A stretch of DNA of 64,000 nt from Eledone cirrhosa (lineage: Eukaryota): assembly GCA_964016885.1 (NCBI GenBank), contig CAXHJY010000257.1, positions 1 through 64,000 on the forward strand, written 5' to 3'. Shown here one piece after another: positions 46,900-61,016 of the stretch. The notes below the pieces were generated by a model. It worked only from the letters and a program-made list of their open reading frames with translations, made no database searches and had not been told where the DNA came from. Every line of letters starts with the position of its first letter. The first letter of the stretch is position 1. The translations under genes were made by a program, and so were the position numbers.

Positions 46900-49800
46900 T
46901 GTAACGTAATGTACACATTTTTCTACCATCTCCACACTCCATTCGTACCCAGTCCAAACCTCCAATCTTGCCAAATCCTAAATGTAGTTGTCGTATTCCT
47001 AAAACAAATCTGTATTTTTTGTTATTGCTTGTTAAATACGAGGGTTTTTGTCGTATTGAACAGAACAAATCTTGTATTTTTGTTATCGCTTGTTAAATAC
47101 AAGGACCTCATTCAATCCTTACCTTCTAGCTATCTACCCAACACCGCTCCCTCACGCCCCCACGCACCACCATTGTTATTACGTGGACCAATCATAAGCC
47201 AGAGCCCCCACGCACCACCATTATTATTACGTGGACCAATCATAAGCCAGAGGCCTATACTATCGCTTGCCTGGTTGCCTTTCGATATATGATGGATGGA
47301 TGGACTACGGAATCCTGGACAGTGGAAGAGAGAAAAATCTGGACGCTCAGCCACAATGCCAAAGATAAAGACAAATTCACCTCGTGGATGAGAATGCGAG
47401 CACTCCTCTTTGTTTCGGCCGCGGATGGCTAACATAACCCCATCTCCCCCCCCCCTCCAAACGCAATCCAAAACTTCAGAGTTGGTACCTTGAATGTAGG
47501 CACCTTAAAGGGTCGCTCTAACGAGGTTGTAGAAATGCTCAAACGTAAGGAGGTCGATGTTTGTTGTATTCAAGAGACCAGGTGGAGGGGTGGGTCTGCT
47601 AGATTCATTGAGGGTAAAAAACGATGCTATAAGCTTTTCTAGGTGGGAAAGGACGATGGGCTGGGTGGAGTAGGAATCATGGTAGCAGAAAAGTGGGCAG
47701 ATAAGATAATAGACGTAAATAGAGTGAACGACAGAATAATTAAAATAAGACTTGTCCTCAATAGAACTACGGTGACAGTAATATCTGCGTACGCACCCCA
47801 ATCCGGACTGCCCGGCACTATAAAAGACAGATTCTATGAGACACTGATGCTCACTACCACCCAAATAACCGACAGTGACTATATAATTATTGAAGGCGAC
47901 CTAAATGGTCACGGACAACATTGTGACGGCTACGACGAAATCCATGGAGGCTATGGGTTTGGTACTAGAAATGAGAAAGGCTCCAGAATCCTGGAATTCT
48001 GTGACGCAAATAACCTAACTATCTGCAACACTAACTTCAAAAAACGTGATAATCACCTGATCACCTATAGATCCGGGGAACACACAAGCCAGGTAGATTA
48101 TATCCTTATCAGAAGACGTGACAGAGTGTCTGTTGTAAACACTAAATCCCTCCCCCATGAAGAATGCACCTCCCAACATAGACTGATAATTAGCGACCTC
48201 ATAGTCAGGACGAGACGTACTCGACAACAGAAGAGGACTATCCTCAGGAGAAAAATATGGAAGCTAAAGGACCCCACAACCAGAAATAAATTCCAAAGCA
48301 TATTACTTGATGCTTTCGACAGTGAGGAAGAGCAATTAGAGACGTACAAGGTAGAGGAGCAGTGGGAATTCCTGAAAGCAAACCTGCTGATGGCGGTAGA
48401 CGAAGTCTGTGGCTGAGCAGGCCTGTAGGCAGGAGGAGAGTAACATGGTGGTGGAACAGTAAGGTGGAGGGGTCAATTAAGGCCAAAAAGCAGGCTTGGA
48501 AAGTATGGCGGGATGGGGGAAGTAGAGAAGACTATCAAGTGGCCAGGAGGGAAGCTAGGAGACAAGTGTACTTCGCAAGAAGGGAAGCAGAGGAAAGAAA
48601 GTCCAAGCATGTTCTACAACGCAAGGACCAAAAACGTGAGGTGTTCAGGATTGCTAGGCAATGTGTCAAGGAAAACCGTGATATTGTCGGGAAGAAGTGT
48701 GTACTTAATGATGACGGCGTACTTGCCATCACCGACGCTGATAAGAAGGTAGCTTGGAAGTGTCACTATGAAAGGCTACTAAATGAGGAGAATAAATGGG
48801 AGAAAGACAGTCTCCCCCACATCGACCCAATAGAGGGACCAGCAGTGTTAGTCGAGGGTAGTATAATAAGTAAGGCAATCAAGGATATGAAGACGGGTAA
48901 GGCGGCTGGGCCTTCGGAAATAGTTGCCGAGATGCTGAAGGCATCTGGCACGGTGGGACACACCATGGTCACCCGCATAGTTAACCAAGTCGTACAGAAT
49001 GGGGTTGTTCCGAAGGACTGGCATAGCAGTATCATCGTTAACTGTTATAAGGGTAAAGGAGATGCCCTAGATAGGAGTAACTATAGAGGCATTAAATTAA
49101 TCGACCAGGTCATGAAGGTCACGGAAAAAGTAATAGCGCAACTAATCAGAGAGAGAATTGACCAAGATGAAATGCAGTTCGGGTTTGTGTCGGGCAAAAG
49201 TACCACAGACGCTCTTTTCATTGTATGACAACTACAGGAGAAGTACCCAGCTAAAAGTAAACCCCTCTACTTAGCTTTTGTCGACTTGGAGAAAGCCTTC
49301 GACAGAGTCCCCCGTTCCATTATCTGGTGGGCCCTTAAAAACTAGGTGTCAACGAATGGCTTGTGAGAGCTATACAAGCCATGTATAAAGAAACAGCCAG
49401 CAAGGTTAGAATTAACAACGAATATAGTGAAGAGTTTAGCGTAAAAGTTGGTGTTCATCAGGGCTCCGTTCTTAGCCCCCTACTATTTATTATTGCCCTT
49501 CAGGCTATAACAGAGGAGTTCAAGACCGGCTGCCCATGGGAACTCCTATATGCAGATGATCTAACGCTCATAGCTGAATCAATGGCTGAACTAGAGAAGA
49601 AATTCCAAACATGGAAGCATGGTCTAGAATCAAAAGGCCTTAAAGTTAACTTGTCTAAGACTAAAGTTCTAGTTTGTCGGAAGGAAAATAGGGCACTGGT
49701 CCTATCTGGGAAATGGCCATGTTCAGTGTGTAGGAAAGGAGTAGGCAGAAACTCCATTTTATGTCCCAAATGCAAAGTATGGGTGCATAAAAGATGTAGT

Positions 49801-50893
49801 GGGATCACAGGTAAGCTAACTAAGAACATAGATTTCACATGTGGCCGGTGCTCTGGTGCAATAAGTAGCAGCAAGTGCCCACAAAATACTAGCTCTTTCA
49901 ACTGCGCAGAGGGCTCTATAGAAATAGTGGACAGCTTCCGTTACCTGGGTGACAAAATCAGCAGTGGGGGAGGGTGCTCTGAAAGTACAGTAGCTAGAGT
50001 CAGAACTGGATGGAAAAAGTTCAGAGAGCTTATACCACTATTAGCCGCTAAAGGGTTCTCCCAAAAAACGAAAGGCAGGTTGTATGATGCCTGCATACGA
50101 ACAGCAATGTTGCATGGCAGTGAGACCTGGGCATTGTGTGCAGAGGATATACGCAGACTAGAGAGAAACGAAGCTTGCATGCTCTGCTGGATGTGTAATA
50201 GTAATATACGTGAACGGCAAAGCATAAACGAACTAAGTAAAAAATTAGGAATAAGAGGGATCAGATGTTGTTTACTCGAGAGAAGGCTACGTTGGTATGG
50301 ACACGTGATGCGCATGAAAGTCGATAGCTGTATAACAAAGTGCAGGGCAATAAAGATAGACGGTAGCCACGGAATAGGCAGACCTAGAAAAACCTGGGAC
50401 GAGCTGATAAACTCCGACCTCACACACTTACACCTCTCCAAGACAATATCACTGGACCGAGACCTTTGGCGGTACTCAGTAATAGAGAAGACCCGCCTTA
50501 CCTAAATACATAGTAAAATCTACTACAGTCAGTAGGCATCTCTAACAAAATACACCCCCGTCCCACCACCCCCACTCCATCAACACAGCCCCCTTCTATG
50601 TAAAGTTATGTTGGTGCCACACCATCCAGGCCGAAACAAATGAGATCGTGTAGGTGTCACGACAAAAAACACACAGTCCACGCTGTAATGTGGCCGTGTA
50701 GGCAACACGGTAAAAACCTCCCAGACCCACACTGTAAATGTGGTTGGTGTTAGGAAGGGCATCCAACTGTAGAAAACCTGCCAGACAGTCCTATGTGAGC
50801 AAGACAGTCACTCTTGCCTCAAGTGGGAAAACCCCCGTCCAAACCCATGCAAGCGTGGAACACGGACGTTAAACGTTGATGATGATGATGATG
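46900..50893 (+). mobile_element. Near full-length RTE LINE (PHD family), few lesions
   Basis: EN 47470-48416; RT and PHD 48362-50505 (LLYADD); 3' UTR; (GAT)n tail. The 5' UTR has local duplications (46460-46590 vs 47010-47140; about 48-bp tandem near 47157-47250). Confidence 0.93.
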
Positions 50894-51094
50894 ACATACA
50901 TACATACATACATACATAGAATGCTGTTGAAGTGTGTATACATTTTAGGGGGACATCCTATGGGCAGAAACATATACTCTTAATGCTGATACAGATCAAC
51001 AAAATACGTACACACACCTCTACTTTTATCTTCACAGCTCTGTACACATACAAACTCCTTTACATTAACATACTTTAGCTCACAGCTTTGTACT

Positions 51095-51440
51095 TACACA
51101 GATGCTCTCTTCCTGGCGTATCAGTTACAGGAAAAGTACCTAGCTAAAAGTAAGCCACTCTTCCTGGCATTTGTTGATCTGGAAAAAGCTTTGAACAGAG
51201 TGCCCCATGCCATAATCTGGTGGGATCTTAGGAGTAGATAAGTGGCTTGTGAAGGCTGTATAAGCTATAGGGCAGCAGTGGGCAAAGTTAGGATTAACAA
51301 TCACTATAGTGAGAAATTTAGCATATAGGTTGGCATTCACCAGGGCTCTCTTATTAGCCCACTCCTCTTTCTTCTTGTACTACATGCTATAACAGAGGAC
51401 TGGCTGCCCTTCGAAACTCCCGAGGAATCTATGGTGGAAC
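51095..51440 (+). mobile_element. Old RTE RT fragment
   Basis: [36 protein letters not shown]. Confidence 0.75.
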
Positions 51441-51450
51441 TACAAAAGAA

Positions 51451-52112
51451 ATATATATATACATACGTACACATACATACGTACACATACATACATATAT
51501 ACATATATATATACATATATATATACACATATATATATACACATATATATATACACATATATATATACACATATATATATACACATATATATATACACAT
51601 ATATATATACACATATATATATACACATATATATACACACATATATATATACACATATATATATACACATATATATATACACATATATATACACACATAT
51701 ATATACACACATATATATATACACATATATATATACACATATATATATACACATATATATATACACATATATATATACACATATATATATACACATATAT
51801 ATACACATATATATACACATATATATATACACATATATATATACACATATATATATACATATATATATACATATATATATACATATATATATACATATAT
51901 ATATACATATATATATACATATACATATATATATACATATATACATACATATATATATACATATATACATACATATATATATACATATATACATATATAT
52001 ATACATATATATATACATATATACATACATATATATATACATATATACATATATATATACATATATATATACATATATACATACATATATACATATATAT
52101 ATACATATATAC

Positions 52113-52143
<31 letters not shown>

Positions 52144-52152
52144 CATATATAT

Positions 52153-52213
<61 letters not shown>

Positions 52214-52234
52214 TATATACATATATATATATAT

Positions 52235-52267
<33 letters not shown>

Positions 52268-52452
52268 TATATACATATATATATACATATATACATATAT
52301 ATATACATATATACATATATATATACATATATACATATATATACATATATATACATATACATACATATACATATATATACATATATATACATATATATAC
52401 ATATACATATATATACATATACATATATATATACATATATATATATACATAC
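51451..52452. repeat. (AT)n/ATAC microsatellite array
   Basis: Direct inspection. Confidence 0.97.
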
Positions 52453-52898
52453 ATGGTGGCTGCCAACTCGTTTTCGAGTACGGCCACTACTTTATATCCA
52501 TGTAGGAGAACCCCTACCGATACGCTGAACGAGTGTGACTTTTTAGTCCAGCCAGCGACTTGAAAACTCTGGTACAAACACTACACTTGTGACAATTATT
52601 GACACATAGTTCTGGGCCCATGGTACCATGTAACGACAAGTGCAGAGAGATCTCCAGATATAAAGCAATGCCTGTGCCGTGAAGCTTTTATAGTGAGCAA
52701 AGGCACTGCACAAAGCCAGTCCCACTCTCTTAACCAAGATGATATTTACCAAAAAGAAGAACAAGTCAACATCATTGGATACCATCAGGGTTGCAGGTGT
52801 TATATCAGAGTTTTCCTTCTCCTAGAATTCTGCCTTGACAAAGGCTAAGGGGTCATCTCTCCCGGTGATTTTGGATGGCCATTGACTCTTAAGAGTTC
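52453..52898 (-). mobile_element. Bipartite non-autonomous RTE-derived element, 5'-truncated copy
   Basis: Near identical to 61016-61460. Confidence 0.75.
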
Positions 52899-53345
52899 CT
52901 ATATACATATACACATATATATACACATATATATACACATATATATATAAATATGTATATACATATATATATACACATATATATACACATATATATACAC
53001 ATATATATACACATATATATACACATATATATACACATATATATACACATATATATACACATATATATACACATATATATACACATATATATACACATAC
53101 ATATACACATACATATACATATACATATACATATATATATACATATACATATACATATACATATATATATACATATATATATACATATATATATACATAT
53201 ATATATACATATATATATACATATATATATACATATATATATACATATATATATACATATATATATACATATATATATACATATATATATACATATATAT
53301 ATACATATATATATACATATACATATATATATACATATATATATA
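52899..53345. repeat. (AT)n/ATAC microsatellite array
   Basis: Direct inspection. Confidence 0.97.
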
Positions 53346-54087
53346 CTTTTACTCGCGTGTACCCTCAGCACACGTCACTGGAATATTTCCCCCTGGGAAC
53401 ATAAATACCGCAACCCGAACTATATTGTATTTCTCCTGTCTCTTGAACTCTACATTTACTAGACAACGACTATTGTTTGTTTATCTATATCTTCACATCT
53501 TTGTTTGCTGTATTAATGTCCTGATTTCTCCATCTTACTCCAACACCACTCTTGTTGGTTTATTTACATGTTTATACCTATATATTGATATGTTTATATA
53601 TTTATACCTCTGCTGTACCAATGTGCTCTTCCACGTATTCCACTTCTATGTATCCATGTATTTCTACCCCTCACATTGGGACCTGTACCCATTAGCTCTT
53701 CCACGTATTCCACTTCTATGTATCCATGTATTTCTACTCCTCACATTGGGACCTGTACCCATTAGCACACGACACTAGAATGTCTCCTCCTGAGAACAAA
53801 AATTAAACATTACACGACTATATCCCGTACTCTACATCCCACTAGGATAAATTACAGATCTACATAATACAATTAACGTTTCTTCATAAAAGACTATTTA
53901 ATTAAACCCCGCAACCCAAAACCTCATAGAAGTTATTTGAATGTCTAATCTTCAATTTTCTGTTTGTTCAATTCTCAATCCTCTTACTCCTTAGTTTCAT
54001 AATGTTATTCTGAATGTTATTCTGAATGTTATTCTGAATGTTATTCTGAATGTTATTCTGAATTCTTTCAACTTCATCCGATAGAGT

Positions 54088-55107
54088 TAAGCAAAATTCT
54101 AAAGTTCCAACTTTCTGTCGGACCGTTGGGTGGGTTTTAGCGGCGGCGCGACCAGCTCCCTGGCGAACGGGCTCACCTGGAGTGCTTGGAAAAATAAATT
54201 CCCCTTCTTTCAGTAAATGAAAATACTCGGCGTGGCTTAATTAGCCATGGGGCCTGGGGCGCGGCCGGTGTTTTAACCGCCAAATAGTACCTTTAAATTA
54301 CAGAACAAATCGGAACTATTATATATATCAACCTGAAACTGTTGAGCTTTAAGTTTTCTAACCTCTTTAATATGGAATATTGATTATTAATTTATTAATT
54401 TTTTAACTTCATCCTATAAGTCTAAACATTGTAACACACTGACCCCCATTATATTCACCTCTGCTAAGATGCGAGTCCCTGTGAAAATTTTGTCGCGCCA
54501 CTCCTGGCCCGACTGTGGTGTGACATTAATATCGACCTTCCTTCCTCTCTCTTTCTATCTTCCTTCTTGTAGCTATCAACCATTACTCTTTTACTTCTCT
54601 AAGCAAAATTTTAAAGTTCCAACTTTCTGTCGGACTGTTGGGTGGGTTTTAATGGCGGCGCGACCAGCTCCGTGGCAAACGAGCTCACCTAGAGTGCTTG
54701 GAAAAATAAATTTCCCCTTCTTTCAGTAAATGAAAATACTCGGCGTGGCTTAATTCGCCATGGGGCCCGGGGTGCGGCCGTTGTTTTAACCGCCAAATAG
54801 TACCTTTAAATTACAGAACAAATCGGAACTATTATATAATTAATTGTTAAACTGTTGAACTTTAAATTTTCTAACCTCTTTAATACTGAATATTGATTAT
54901 TAAATTTTTTTAACTTCATCCTAGAAGTCTAAACACTGTAAAACACTGACTCCCAATATATCCATCTCCGCTAAGATGCGGGTCCCTGTGAAAATTTTCT
55001 CGCGTCACTCCTGGCTTGACTGTGGTCTGACATTAATATCGACCTTTCTTCCTCTTCCTTTCTATCTTCCTTCTTGTAGCCATCAACCCTTACTTTTCTA
55101 CTTCTCT
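54088..55107 (+). repeat. Diverged tandem duplication, period about 512 bp, with GC-rich stems
   Basis: Units 54088-54599 and 54600-55107. Confidence 0.92.
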
Positions 55108-55467
55108 CTTCCCTTCCTTCTCTCCTCTCCTCCTCCCTGCAGACTTATATTCCTTCTCCCTCTTGCTTGCCTATATCTGACCAGTAGTAGTTACCTTCCT
55201 CTTTTAGCTGACATTAACCCTGACTTCTCTTCTTCTTTCTTCCCCCTTCTTCTCCTTCCTTTCTTTCTTTCTTTTACCTTGTGTCATGGGATCGACGTTA
55301 ACCTATGCTCCCATCTCTTTCTGTGTTCGTTCATCTGACCGGTAGTAGCATACTATAAAATTTAGCCACGTCACTCCAGGGCGACCGGCTGAGGTTGAAG
55401 GAACAGAATAGCGGTCGCCCTCGGGTCTCGATTTTCAGCCCCATGGATTTTACCTATTACATTCACG

Positions 55468-55542
55468 TATTATATTTCGAATACCTGATGATATCACCGG
55501 ATTCATACGGAACCCGGTCATTGAAATGATCATAGTATAATA
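55468..55542 (+). ncRNA. Minimal type I hammerhead ribozyme (Penelope-type)
   Basis: ATAC-CTGATGA(55485-55491)-[stem II with ACCGG/CCGGT]-GAAA(55523-55526)-TGATCA palindrome-TA^GTAT. AATAAA overlaps the 3' end. Confidence 0.8.
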
Positions 55543-55584
55543 AACCTTTCAAGGATTTACACAAATCCAGCCTCCTGTCATTTC

Positions 55585-55673
55585 ATTACATATATATATA
55601 CATATATATACATATACATATATACATATATATACATATACATATATACATATATATACATATATATATATAC

Positions 55674-55706
<33 letters not shown>

Positions 55707-55743
55707 CATACATATATACATATATATATATACATATATATAC

Positions 55744-55776
<33 letters not shown>

Positions 55777-55803
55777 CATACATATATACATATATATATA
55801 TAC

Positions 55804-55837
<34 letters not shown>

Positions 55838-56067
55838 ACATACATACATATATACATACATACATACATATACATACATATATACATACATACATATATA
55901 CATACATACATATATATATATACATACATATACATATATATATATATACATATATATATACATACATACATATATATATACATACATATATATACATATA
56001 CATATATATACATATACATATATATACATATACATATATATACATATATATATATATACATATATAT
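55585..56067. repeat. (AT)n/ATAC microsatellite array
   Basis: Direct inspection. Confidence 0.97.
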
Positions 56068-57170
56068 CATCATCATCATCATCATCATCAACGTTTAACG
56101 TCCGTGTTCCACGCTTGCATGGGTTTGGACGGGGGTAGTCCCACTTGAGGCAAGAGTGATTGTCTTGCTCGCATAGGACTGTCTGGCAGGTTTTCTACAG
56201 TTGGATGCCCTTCCTAACACCAACCACATTTACAGTGTGGGTCTGGGAGGTTTTTACCGTGTTGCCTACACGGCCACATTACAGCGTGGACTGTGTGTTT
56301 TTTTGTCGTGACACCTACACGATCTCATTTGTTTCGGCCTGGATGGCGCGGCACCAACATAACTTTACATAGAACGGGGTGGTGTGGATGGGGTGGGGGT
56401 GGCGGCGGGAGGGGTGTATTTTGTTAGAGATGCCTACTGGCAAGGCGGGTCTTCTCTGTTACTGAGTACCGCCAAAGGTCACGGTCCAGTGACATTGTCT
56501 TGGAGAGGTGTAAGTGTGTGAGGTCGGAGTTTATCAGCTCATCCCATGTTTTTCTAGGTCTGCCTATTCCGTGGCTACCGTCTATCTTTATTGCCCTGCA
56601 CTTTGTAATACAGCTATCGACTTTCATGCGCATCACGTGTCCATACCAACGCAGCCTTCTCTCGAGTAAACAACATCTGATCCCTCTTATCTCTAATTTT
56701 TTCCTTAGTTCGTTTATGCTTTGCCGTTCACGTATATTACTGTTACACATCCAGCGGAGCATGCAAGCTTCGTTCCTCTCTAGTCTGCGTATATCCTCTG
56801 CACACAATGCCCAGGTCTCACTACCATGCAACATTGCTGTTCGTATGCAGGCATCGTACAACCTGCCTTTCATTTTTAGGGAGAACCCTTTAGCAGCTAA
56901 TAGTGGTATAAGCTCTCTGAACTTTTTCCAACCAGTTCTGACTCTAGCTACAGTACTTTCAGAGCACCCTCCCCCACTGCTGATTTTATCGCCCAGGTAA
57001 CGGAAGCTGTCCACTATTTCTATAAAACCCTCTGCGCAATTGAAAGAGCTAGTATTTTGTGGGCACTTGCTGCTACTTATTGCACCAGAACACCGGCCAC
57101 ATGTAAAGCCTATGTTCTTAGTTAGCTTACCTGTGATCCCACTACATCTTTTATGCACCCATACTTTGCA
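56066..57170 (-). mobile_element. 5'-truncated RTE LINE (PHD family)
   Basis: Open frame from CKVWVHKRC (mid-PHD) to RLASRHL-stop, 3' UTR, (GAT)n tail. Confidence 0.92.
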
Positions 57171-57302
57171 TATATATATACATATATATATACATATATA
57201 TATACATATATATATACATATATATATACATATATACATATATATATACATATATACATATATATATACATATATATATACATATATATATACATATATA
57301 TA

Positions 57303-59184
57303 TAACTTTGAATAACTTTGAAATGTTTTGGCCAGTATTGGCCCAGGCCATGTCTAACTTAATAGCACCACCTGGCGAAGTCTTTCAATTCAGGATTTGG
57401 GCACCATGGCCCATTCGAGAAGAGAATTACTGTTTGCGGAGACATATCCGGGTGTGGGTGGTTTGTCCGGGATTACTTGGAGGAATTTGTCCAAAGACTT
57501 CTTGAATTTTGTGTGGTCAGTTTCTGTTTTGACGTGTCCTGGTGTGATGTTGAAGAGAGCAGGGCCGATTGAGGTGAAATAATTGTGCCGTATTGTTGTT
57601 ATGAGTTGCGATTTAGATTTTTGAATGGGACGGATAGCACGGGGCCCAAGCCTTGGGTGTATCTTGAAGGCGATGCCAACATCATTTGGGCAGTGATGAT
57701 GGAACATTTTCCACATCATGCAGATAATATAACGCTCACGGCGACGTTGGAGTGAGTAAAGTTTCAGGTTTTCCAATCGACCCCAGTAGTCAAGGTCTGA
57801 CATGCCATCTATCTTTTTCGTGATTGCCCTTTGAGGAGCTTCAAGTTTCATGATACTTTGTTTCGTGTGGGGAGACCACAGTGGACAACAGTATTCAAGG
57901 TGTGGTCGGGCGAAAGTAGAGAAGAGAAGGATAATGGTGCGGGAATCTCTCGACTGGAAGGTTCTGAGGATCCAGGAACACATTCTGCGGGCCATGTCAA
58001 CTTTGCTGCTTATATGCGTGGTCCAGCTTATGTTGCTGTCCACGGTTACTCCCAAGTCTCTGATGTTGTTAGATGCCACGAGAGTTTCCCCGGAGGGAAG
58101 GGAGTACGGGAGTTTCAGAGCATCCTCTTTTCCAAAGTGGATCAGTTCGAATTTGTCTTCGTTCAGTAGCATGTTGTTCTTTTCTGCCCATTGGGTAACA
58201 GCCAGTAGGTCTGACTGAAGGCTTATCCGGTCATCCACGCCATTGATGACCTTTTGGAGCTTGGAATCATCAGCGAAAATTTTAATGTTGCTGTGTTTGA
58301 TGATGTCAGTGATGTCATTAATATAGATGATGAAGAGAAGTGGGCCCAACACAGTGCCTTGTGGGACTCCACTACTGACTTTGGCTGGGCTTGATTTGAC
58401 TCCCTCAACTACAACATGTTGGGTTCTGTTTGACAGGAAGCTCTTGATCCACTGCAGCAGCTTTCCAGTGACACCAATATTGGACAGCTTTCTCAGTAGA
58501 ATGTTATGATCAACCCTGTCAAAGGCCTTGCTGAAATCAAGGTAGATAACATCAGTGTTGGAACCCTCTCCCAAGGCTCTCAAAATGTCATCAAAGTGAT
58601 GCAGTAGTTGCGTCAGGCAATCCCTTCCATTACGGAATCCATGCTGGTTGGAGTTCAGCATATTGTTACTCTCAAGGAAGTGGGTCATTCGCGATCTCAC
58701 CACTCGCTCAAATACCTTAATGATATGAGAGGTGAGTGAGATTGGACGGTAATTCACGGCAAGGGATTTGTTTCCCTTTTTGAAAACTGGGACAACAGAC
58801 TGGGATAGAAGGTTTTCTGGCACATATCCAGCATCCAGTGAGTTCCGCCACAGATTGGCAAGAGGAGAAGCAAGTTGGTGTTGACACGCCTTCAAGACAC
58901 AAGCAGGGAACCTATCGGGACCTACTGCTGAATTATGCTTGATTTCCTTTATTGCCGCCAAGACATCAGGGGCGCCAAACGTTATGTCCGATAAGGTGTA
59001 ATGGGGAGTAACATCGCCGATACAGCCCAGATCGGCCATATCAGGATTGCTGAAAACAGAGCAGTATTGTTTCTGCAGTATCTCACCCATGGTTTTAGCA
59101 TTGTCTTGAAGAGTGCCATTTTCATCAATTAGAGGGCCAACAGTAGAGCCAGTGATTTTGTGTTTTTTTGCAAATGAAAAGAAC
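57303..59184 (-). mobile_element. 5'-truncated CR1-type LINE with uninterrupted RT frame
   Basis: [78 protein letters not shown]. Stop at 57390; 3' tail (TTCAAAGTTA)2. Confidence 0.92.
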
Positions 59185-59316
59185 ATATATATATATATAC
59201 ATATACATATATATATATACATATATATACATATATATATACATATATATATATACATATATACATATATATACATATATATATACATATATATATATAC
59301 ATATATATATATACAC

Positions 59317-59411
<95 letters not shown>

Positions 59412-59412
59412 C

Positions 59413-59457
<45 letters not shown>

Positions 59458-59484
59458 CATATACATATATATATATACATATAC

Positions 59485-59542
<58 letters not shown>

Positions 59543-59615
59543 ACATATATACATATATATACATATATACATATACATATATATATATACATATATATAT
59601 ATACATATACATATA

Positions 59616-59646
<31 letters not shown>

Positions 59647-59892
59647 ATACATATACATATATATACATATACATATATATATACATATATATATATACAT
59701 ATACATATACATATATATACATATATACATATATATACATATATATACATATACATATATATATACATATATATATATACATATACATATACATATATAT
59801 ACATATATACATATATATACATATATATATATATACATATATATATACATATACATATACATATATATACATATATATATATACATATATAC

Positions 59893-59923
<31 letters not shown>

Positions 59924-60031
59924 CATATATATACATATATATACATATATATACATATATATATACATACATATATATACATATATATACATATACATAC
60001 ATATACATATATACATATATATACATACATA

Positions 60032-60065
<34 letters not shown>

Positions 60066-60232
60066 CATATATATACATATACATATATATACATATATAT
60101 ACATATATATATACATATACATATATATACATATATATACATATATATACATATATATACATACATATACATATATATACATACATATATATACATATAT
60201 ATATATACATATATATACATATATATATATAC

Positions 60233-60283
<51 letters not shown>

Positions 60284-60294
60284 CATATATATAC

Positions 60295-60345
<51 letters not shown>

Positions 60346-60356
60346 CATATATATAC

Positions 60357-60423
<67 letters not shown>

Positions 60424-60458
60424 CATATATATACATATATATATATATACATATATAC

Positions 60459-60489
<31 letters not shown>

Positions 60490-60500
60490 CATATATATAC

Positions 60501-60579
<79 letters not shown>

Positions 60580-60662
60580 CATATACATATATATACATAT
60601 ATATATATATACATATATATACATATATATACATATATATACATATATATACATATATATAC

Positions 60663-60693
<31 letters not shown>

Positions 60694-60714
60694 CATATAT
60701 ATACATATATATAC

Positions 60715-60761
<47 letters not shown>

Positions 60762-61016
60762 CATATATATACATATATATATATACATATATATATATAT
60801 ACATATATACATATATACATATATACATATACATATATATATATACATATATATACATATATACATATATACATATACATACATATATATACATATATAT
60901 ACATATATACATATATACATATATATACATATATATATATATACATATATATACATATACATATATATACATATACATATATATACATATATATATATAT
61001 ACATATATATATATAT
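59185..61016. repeat. (AT)n/ATAC microsatellite array
   Basis: Direct inspection. Confidence 0.97.

Larger units (their letters stand above)
53346..55575 (+). mobile_element. Putative non-autonomous, non-coding Penelope-like/retrozyme-like element
   Basis: No coding capacity. Internal duplications: 70 bp at 53625-53766, 12-bp TGTTATTCTGAA x5, and about 510 bp at 54088-55107. Ends in hammerhead plus AATAAA and is bounded by microsatellite. Boundaries uncertain. Confidence 0.45.

Noticed and set aside
55378-55440. HDV-like ribozyme
   Set aside because: The pseudoknot order is similar, but the P3/L3 pyrimidine loop and the catalytic C-containing joiner are absent. Kept only as a generic pseudoknot.
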